Below, piece by piece: positions 23,481-28,939 of a stretch of DNA of 28,939 bases (positions are counted from its first letter, which is position 1; every line of letters starts with the position of its first letter). The translations under genes were made by a program, and so were the position numbers. This DNA comes from Octopus sinensis (taxonomy: Eukaryota): contig NW_021833216.1 of assembly GCF_006345805.1 (NCBI RefSeq), positions 1 to 28,939 of the forward strand. Reading direction: 5' to 3'. The notes under the pieces were generated by a model that worked only from the letters and a program-made list of their open reading frames with translations, searched no databases and was not told where the DNA came from.

Positions 23481-23779
23481 GTGTTTACTTTATTACTAAC
23501 ACAAGCCACTACGGTTATTAATGTAAAGTCTTCCTCAAATCACTCTCTCTCGCTATTTACTCTCTTCAAGAACATTTTCACTCACTCTTATCTATTAGCT
23601 TCCCATACATTTTACTCATGTATCTATCAGCGTCATAGACAGAAACAAATATTACATCGCCATCGTCACCGCATTCTATTGTCTACCTGTCAACACACTG
23701 AATTACTTTCACTTTTCGTAGCACACTGTGTGTGTGCGTTTGCGTTGTGCTGTAAACCAGACTAAGAAAAGCATTTGAC

Positions 23780-23966
23780 ATAACACCAGAATGTGAGTTT
23801 TCTGTAAATTTTTGCTTAATTGGAGTTTAAATTTAAAAAACTGGACCTGCATGACCCGATGCATTCTACTCTTAAAAATGCTAGATAAATTGTAATTGAA
23901 GAAATCCTATATTGTAGATTTCTATAAGATACAAAGGGAGGCAGATAAAATCTGCCTTTTATAATA

Positions 23967-23969
<3 letters not shown>
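23780..23969 (-). mobile_element. Probable Helitron-family 5'-end fragment
   Basis: Minus strand A|TCttattataaaaggcagat.. with a perfect GGCAGAT-aaa-ATCTGCC stem, adjacent to (TA)n at 23970-24006. Confidence 0.4.
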
Positions 23970-24010
<41 letters not shown>

Positions 24011-24029
24011 ATATGTCAGATATATATAA

Positions 24030-25765
24030 ACTTAGATATTTTTCGACCAAAGATTGGTCCAGGCCATGTCTAACTTAATTGCACCACCTGATAGGATTAT
24101 TCGACTCCTGTTTAAGTCAAGTTTTGTTTAAGTCTAGTTTTGTTCAAGTAGTGAGTTCTTGTTGAGTGAGTTGTATCTGGTATTCTTTGAAGGAATCTAT
24201 CCAGACTCTGTTTGAAGTTGATGGGATCCTTTTCCTCTTTGATCTCTCTCGGGACAATGTTAAATAGGGCAGGGCCTGTTGAGGAAAAGAAATTATGTTG
24301 CAGTGTACATGTATGTTGTGATCTTGAATTGGGCAGGGGACGTATAGCCCGTGGTCCAAGTCTTGGATGAACCTTGAAGCTAATGTTTAGGTCGTTTGGG
24401 CAAAGTTGGCGGTATATTTTCCACATCGTACAAATGATGTACCGCTCACGGCGACGCTGGAGGGAGTAAAGTTTCAAGGCTTTAAGGCGATCCCAATAAT
24501 TGAGAGCAGCCATGCCTTCAATTCGTTTAGTGAATGCCCTCTGGGGTGACTCAATTCTGGAAATGTTTTGTCTTTTGTGAGGAGACCACAGTGGGCAGCA
24601 GTATTCAAGGTGTGGCCGTACAAAGCAGGAAAAAGTGGTATGATGACACCTTTTTCTCTGGACCGGAAAGTTCTTAAGATCCAGGAACTCATCCTACGAG
24701 CTATATCGACCTTCTTGTCGATGTGTGCACTCCAACTGAGATCGTCATCAACAATTACACCCAGGTCTCTGATATTGTTAGAGGCTGTGAGCGGTTCCCC
24801 TGAAGGAAGAGTATAGCTGTTTTAGTGAGGAGTTTCTTCCAAAATGCATCAGCTCAAATTTTCCCCTCGTTCAGTTGCATTTTGTTTCTGTCTGCCCATT
24901 GACTCACATCATAGATCAGACTGGAGTTGAGTTCGGTCTGCTTCTTCATTGACGATTTGCTGGAGCTTGGTGTCATCAGCAAATATTTTCACTTTGCAGT
25001 AATGTACGACACTGGAAAGGTCGTTTATGTAGATTATGAAGAGTAGCGGACCCAAGACAGTCCCCTGAGGGACACCGCTGGTGACTTTTGCTTGGCTTGA
25101 GTGGACTCCATCAACTACAACATGTGTTTTATTCGCCAGGAAATACTTGATCTAGTGTAGAACTTTTCCACTGATTCCAACATTTGCCAATTTTGAGAGT
25201 AGGATATTATGGTCGACCCTGTCGAACGCTTTACTGAAGTCAAGATATGACATCAGAGTTCGAACTGTTCCCAAGGCTTTGAGTACATCTTCAATGGTTT
25301 GTAAGAGCTATGTTAGACAGTCCCTGCCACAGCGAAAGCCATGCTGATTTGCATTTAGGAGTTTCTGGGTCTCCAGGAAGTCAGCCATCCTTGATCTTAA
25401 CACTCTTTCAAACACTTTGATGATGTGGGAGGTGAATGAGATTGGTTGATAGTTGAGTGCGAGGGATCTGTTTCCCTGTTTGAAAACCGGGATGACTGAC
25501 TGGGATAGAAACTGTTTTGGTATATAACCTGCATCTAACGAATTTTTCCAGAGGTTGGTCAGAGGGACTGCAAGTTGAAATCTACATTCCTTCAGGAGAC
25601 TAGCGGGAAATCTATCAGGGCCTACAGCAGAGTAATGTTTGACCTCATTTATTGCTGCTACGATGTCGGTGGCAGTGAAGGTTATGTCTGCGATTTCGTG
25701 TTGGGAGTCAACTTCGTTTGCTTCTCTTACGTCAATATCAGTGGGAACACTAAAGACAGCAGTAT
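24030..25765 (-). mobile_element. CR1/L2-group LINE, 5'-truncated, RT pseudogene
   Basis: SAVGPDRFPA..QHGFRCGRDCL..IYLDFSKAFDRVDH..SGVPQGTVLGPLLFIIYINDL..IFADDTK..WILRTF..LNYWDRLKALKLYSLQRRRERY; several stops and frameshifts. Confidence 0.93.
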
Positions 25766-25837
25766 TGTTTCTGTAATATATATATATAGAGAGAAACATG
25801 TATATACGTATATAAATATTATATATATGTATATGTG

Positions 25838-26345
25838 TGTATGTTTCGGTGTCCCCAAACCGCTTGAAACCAATGTCGGTGTTTTTTACACTCCATTAAC
25901 TTATCCGTTCGGGAAAAAGAAGACCATAGAATTAATACTAGACTGACGTAGATAAAATCCTAGTGTCGATTTGCTCTAGAAAAGGCTGTGCTCCAGCATT
26001 GGCACAGTGAAATGACTAAACAAGGAAAAGAGTAAAAGTGTATGCGTTACGTCTGAATATTATATTGTAGAGTTAATTAGCTTCCATAATACATTTTGAT
26101 AATAGTCGTAATGTAATAAAATGTAAGGGAGGTAACTTTTGAAGATCTCCCTTTCTAGAGTTACTCCCCTTGCATATTATTAATTATTAAATTATAATAT
26201 GCGAGGTAAGTAACTCTTCGAAGGAAGATAACTCCAAAATCTTTCAGTGTTACCTCCCTTACATCTAATTAAATTACTATTACTAAATTAGAATATTCAA
26301 GGGAAATAGGTACAAAATTTTCCAGAGTTACTTCCCTTACATGTA
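25838..26345 (+). repeat. SINE tail plus hairpin block (paralog of 20230-20592)
   Basis: Direct sequence match; about 85-bp AT-rich insert at about 26040-26120. Confidence 0.85.
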
Positions 26346-26357
26346 ATTACATTACGA

Positions 26358-26498
26358 TTGGGGTTGGGTTAGGGTTGGGGGTTAGGGTGTTAGGTGTTAG
26401 GGTTAGGTGTGGAGGTTGGTTTAGGGGTTGGGGTTAGTGGGTTGTGGATAGTGTTAGAGTCAAGGTCGGGGTCGGGGTTAGGTTTTGGGTTGGGGTTA
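26358..26498 (+). repeat. Degenerate telomere-like (TTAGGG) tract
   Basis: Exact TTAGGG at 26369, 26382, 26397 and 26421 among variants TTGGGG, TTAGGT, TTAGTG, TCGGGG. Confidence 0.75.
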
Positions 26499-28320
26499 GC
26501 CTCGTTCACACATCATGCGTCCATACAAACACGCCTCGTTCACACATCATGCGTCCATACAAACACGCCTCGTTCACACAACATGCGTCCACACAAAGAA
26601 GCCTCGTTCACACATCATGCGTCCATACAAACACGCCTCGTTCACCCGTCATGCGTCCATACATACACGTCTCGTTCACACATCATGCGTCCATACAAAC
26701 AAGCCTCGTTCACACATCATGCGTCCATTCAAACGAGCCTCGTTCACACATGCGTTTATTTAAACGAGCCTCGTTCACACATCATGCGTTCATTCAAACG
26801 AGCCTCGTTCACACATCATGCGTTCATTCAAACGAGCCTCGTTCACACATCATGCGTCCATACAAACAAGCCTCGTTCATCCATCATGCGTCCATACAAA
26901 CAAGCCTCGTTCACACATGCAACCATACAACCAAGCCTCGTTCACACATCAAGCGTCCATACAAACAAGCCTCGTTCACACATCAAGCGTCCATACATAC
27001 AAGCCCCGTTCACACATCATGCGTCCATACCAACATGTCTCGTTAACCCATCATGCGTCCATAAAAACAAGCCTCGTTCACACATCATGCGTCCATTCAA
27101 ACGAGCCTCGTTCACACATGCGTTTATTCAAACGAGCCTCGTTCACACATCATGCGTTCATTCAAACGAGCCTCGTTCACACATCATGCGTTCATTCAAA
27201 CGAGCCTCGTTAACACATCATGCGTCCATACAAACAAGCCTCGTTCATCCATCATGCGTCCATACAAACAAGCCTCGTTCACACATGCAACCATACAACC
27301 AAGCCTCGTTCACACATCAAGCGTCCATACAAACAAGCCTCGTTCACACATCAAGCGTCCATACATACAAGCCCCGTTCACACATCATGCGTCCATACCA
27401 ACATGTCTCGTTAACCCGTCATGCGTCCATAAAACAAGCCTCGTTCACACATCATGCGTCCATACAAACAAGCCTGGTTCACACATCAAGCGTCCATACA
27501 AACAAGCCTCGTTCACACATCATGCGTCCATACAAACAAGTCTCGTTCACACATCAAGCGTCCATACAAACAAGCCTCGTTGACACATCTTGCGTCCATA
27601 CAAACAAGCCTCGTTCACACATCATGTGTCCATACACACAAGCCTCGTTCACAAATCATGCGTCCATACAAACAAGCCTCGTTAACCCATCATGCGTCCA
27701 TACAAACAAGCCTCGTTCACCCGTCATGCGTCCATACAAACAAGCCTCGTTCACCCGTCATGCGTCCATACAAACAAGCCTTGTTCACCTGTCATGCGTC
27801 CATACAAACAAGCCTCGTTCACCCATCATGCGTCCATACAAACAAGCCTCGTTCACCCATCATGCGTCCATACAAACAAGCCTCGTTCACCCGTCATGCG
27901 TCCATACAAACATGCCTCGTTCACACATCATGCGTCCATACAAACATGCCTCGTTCACACATCATGCGTCCATACGCACATGCCTCGTTCATACATCATG
28001 CGTCCAAACAAACAAGCCTCGTTCACCCATCATGCGTCCATACAAACAAGCCTCGTTCACACATCATGCGTCCATACAAACAAGCCACGTTCACACATCA
28101 TGCGTCCACTCATACACGCCTCGTTCACACATCATGCGTCCAAACAACCAAGCCTCGTTCACACATCATGCGTCCAAACAACCAAGCCTCGTTCACACAT
28201 CATGCGTCCATACAAACAAGCCTCGTTCACACATCATGCGTCCATACAAACAAGCCTCGTTCACACTCACCCCATGCTCCATACACACAAGCCTCGTCCA
28301 CACATCATGCGTCCATACAT
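26498..28320 (+). repeat. 34-bp tandem satellite (about 54 units), consensus AGCCTCGTTCACACATCATGCGTCCATACAAACA
   Basis: Units counted directly; 31-bp variants lack one CAT; includes a duplicated 11-unit block. Confidence 0.97.
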
Positions 28321-28329
28321 AGATATTCA

Positions 28330-28939
28330 TACATTCAGGGACATGTAACTCAGGGACGGGTAATTCAGGGGCAGGTAATTCAGGGGAAGGTAATTCAAGG
28401 CAGGTAATCAGGGCGCAGGAAATTCAGGGGCAGGTAATTCAGAGGAATGTAATTCAGGGGCAGGTAATCCAGGTGCATGTATTTCAGGGACATGTAACTC
28501 AGGGCAGGTAATTCAGGGGCATGTAATTAAGGGGCAGGTAACAGGAGGAATGAATTCAGGGGCAGTAATTCAGGGACACGTAAGAGGGTCAGGTATTTCA
28601 GGTGTATGTTATTCAGGGGCAGGTATCCAGGTTAAGTAATTAAGGGCATGTAATTCAGGGATGTAATTCAGAGGCAGGTAATGAGGGGCAATTCAGGGGC
28701 ATGTAATCGGTTCAGGTATTCAGGGGCATGTAATTCAGGGGCAGTAATTCAGGTGCGTAATTCAGGGGCATGTATTCAGGGGCATGTAATTCAGGGTCAG
28801 GTAATTCAGGGTGGGTAATAGAGGAAGTAATTCAGGGCTTGTAATTCAGGGTTAGGTAATCAGGGCATGTAATTCAGGGGCAATCATTCAGATGAAAGGT
28901 TATTCAGGGGCTGGTAATTTGGGCAGATAATTCAGAGGA
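28330..28939 (+). repeat. 15-bp G-rich minisatellite, consensus GTAATTCAGGGGCA(G/T), continues beyond the window
   Basis: About 40 imperfect units with frequent 1-bp indels. Confidence 0.95.

Noticed and set aside
24030-25765. Active LINE
   Set aside because: 5'-truncated, lacks the endonuclease, and has in-frame stops (e.g. 25308) and frameshifts.
26498-28320. CRISPR array
   Set aside because: Monomers are head-to-tail with no unique spacers, there are no cas genes, and the context is eukaryotic.
26394-28407. Homology of the repeat ORFs to cephalopod His-rich beak proteins or suckerins
   Set aside because: No signal peptide and no Gly-rich GHG/GGY-type modules; the His content follows directly from the CA-rich satellite.

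Overview
AT-rich eukaryotic genomic DNA, made up almost entirely of transposon remnants, local duplications and tandem repeats. It is not a prokaryotic locus. The tRNA-derived SINE and non-autonomous Helitron resemble octopus (coleoid cephalopod) repeats as I recall them; this taxon call is an inference and was not checked by database search. I found no intact host protein-coding gene, RNA gene or CRISPR array. Left part (1-12.3 kb): Ty3/Gypsy gag-protease fragments inside an old duplication, three RTE LINE pieces, a complete fossil Tc1 element, an internally deleted Gypsy LTR element inserted into the YADD motif of an RTE, a Penelope-like GIY-YIG fragment and a full SINE. Middle (12.4-21.8 kb): a hierarchical mosaic duplication of SINE halves, palindromes and microsatellites. 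Right part (21.8-26.3 kb): a Helitron, a mariner fragment and a CR1-like LINE. End (26.36-28.94 kb): a degenerate TTAGGG tract, a 34-bp satellite with an 11-unit higher-order repeat that gives a 642-codon ORF, and a 15-bp G-rich minisatellite running off the window. The most interesting hypotheses, all unproven, are a subtelomere or ancient telomere-healing site, a minus-strand transposon bias resembling a piRNA cluster or host intron, and a duplicated cryptic two-exon cassette. I cannot support a claim of a new protein-based system here.
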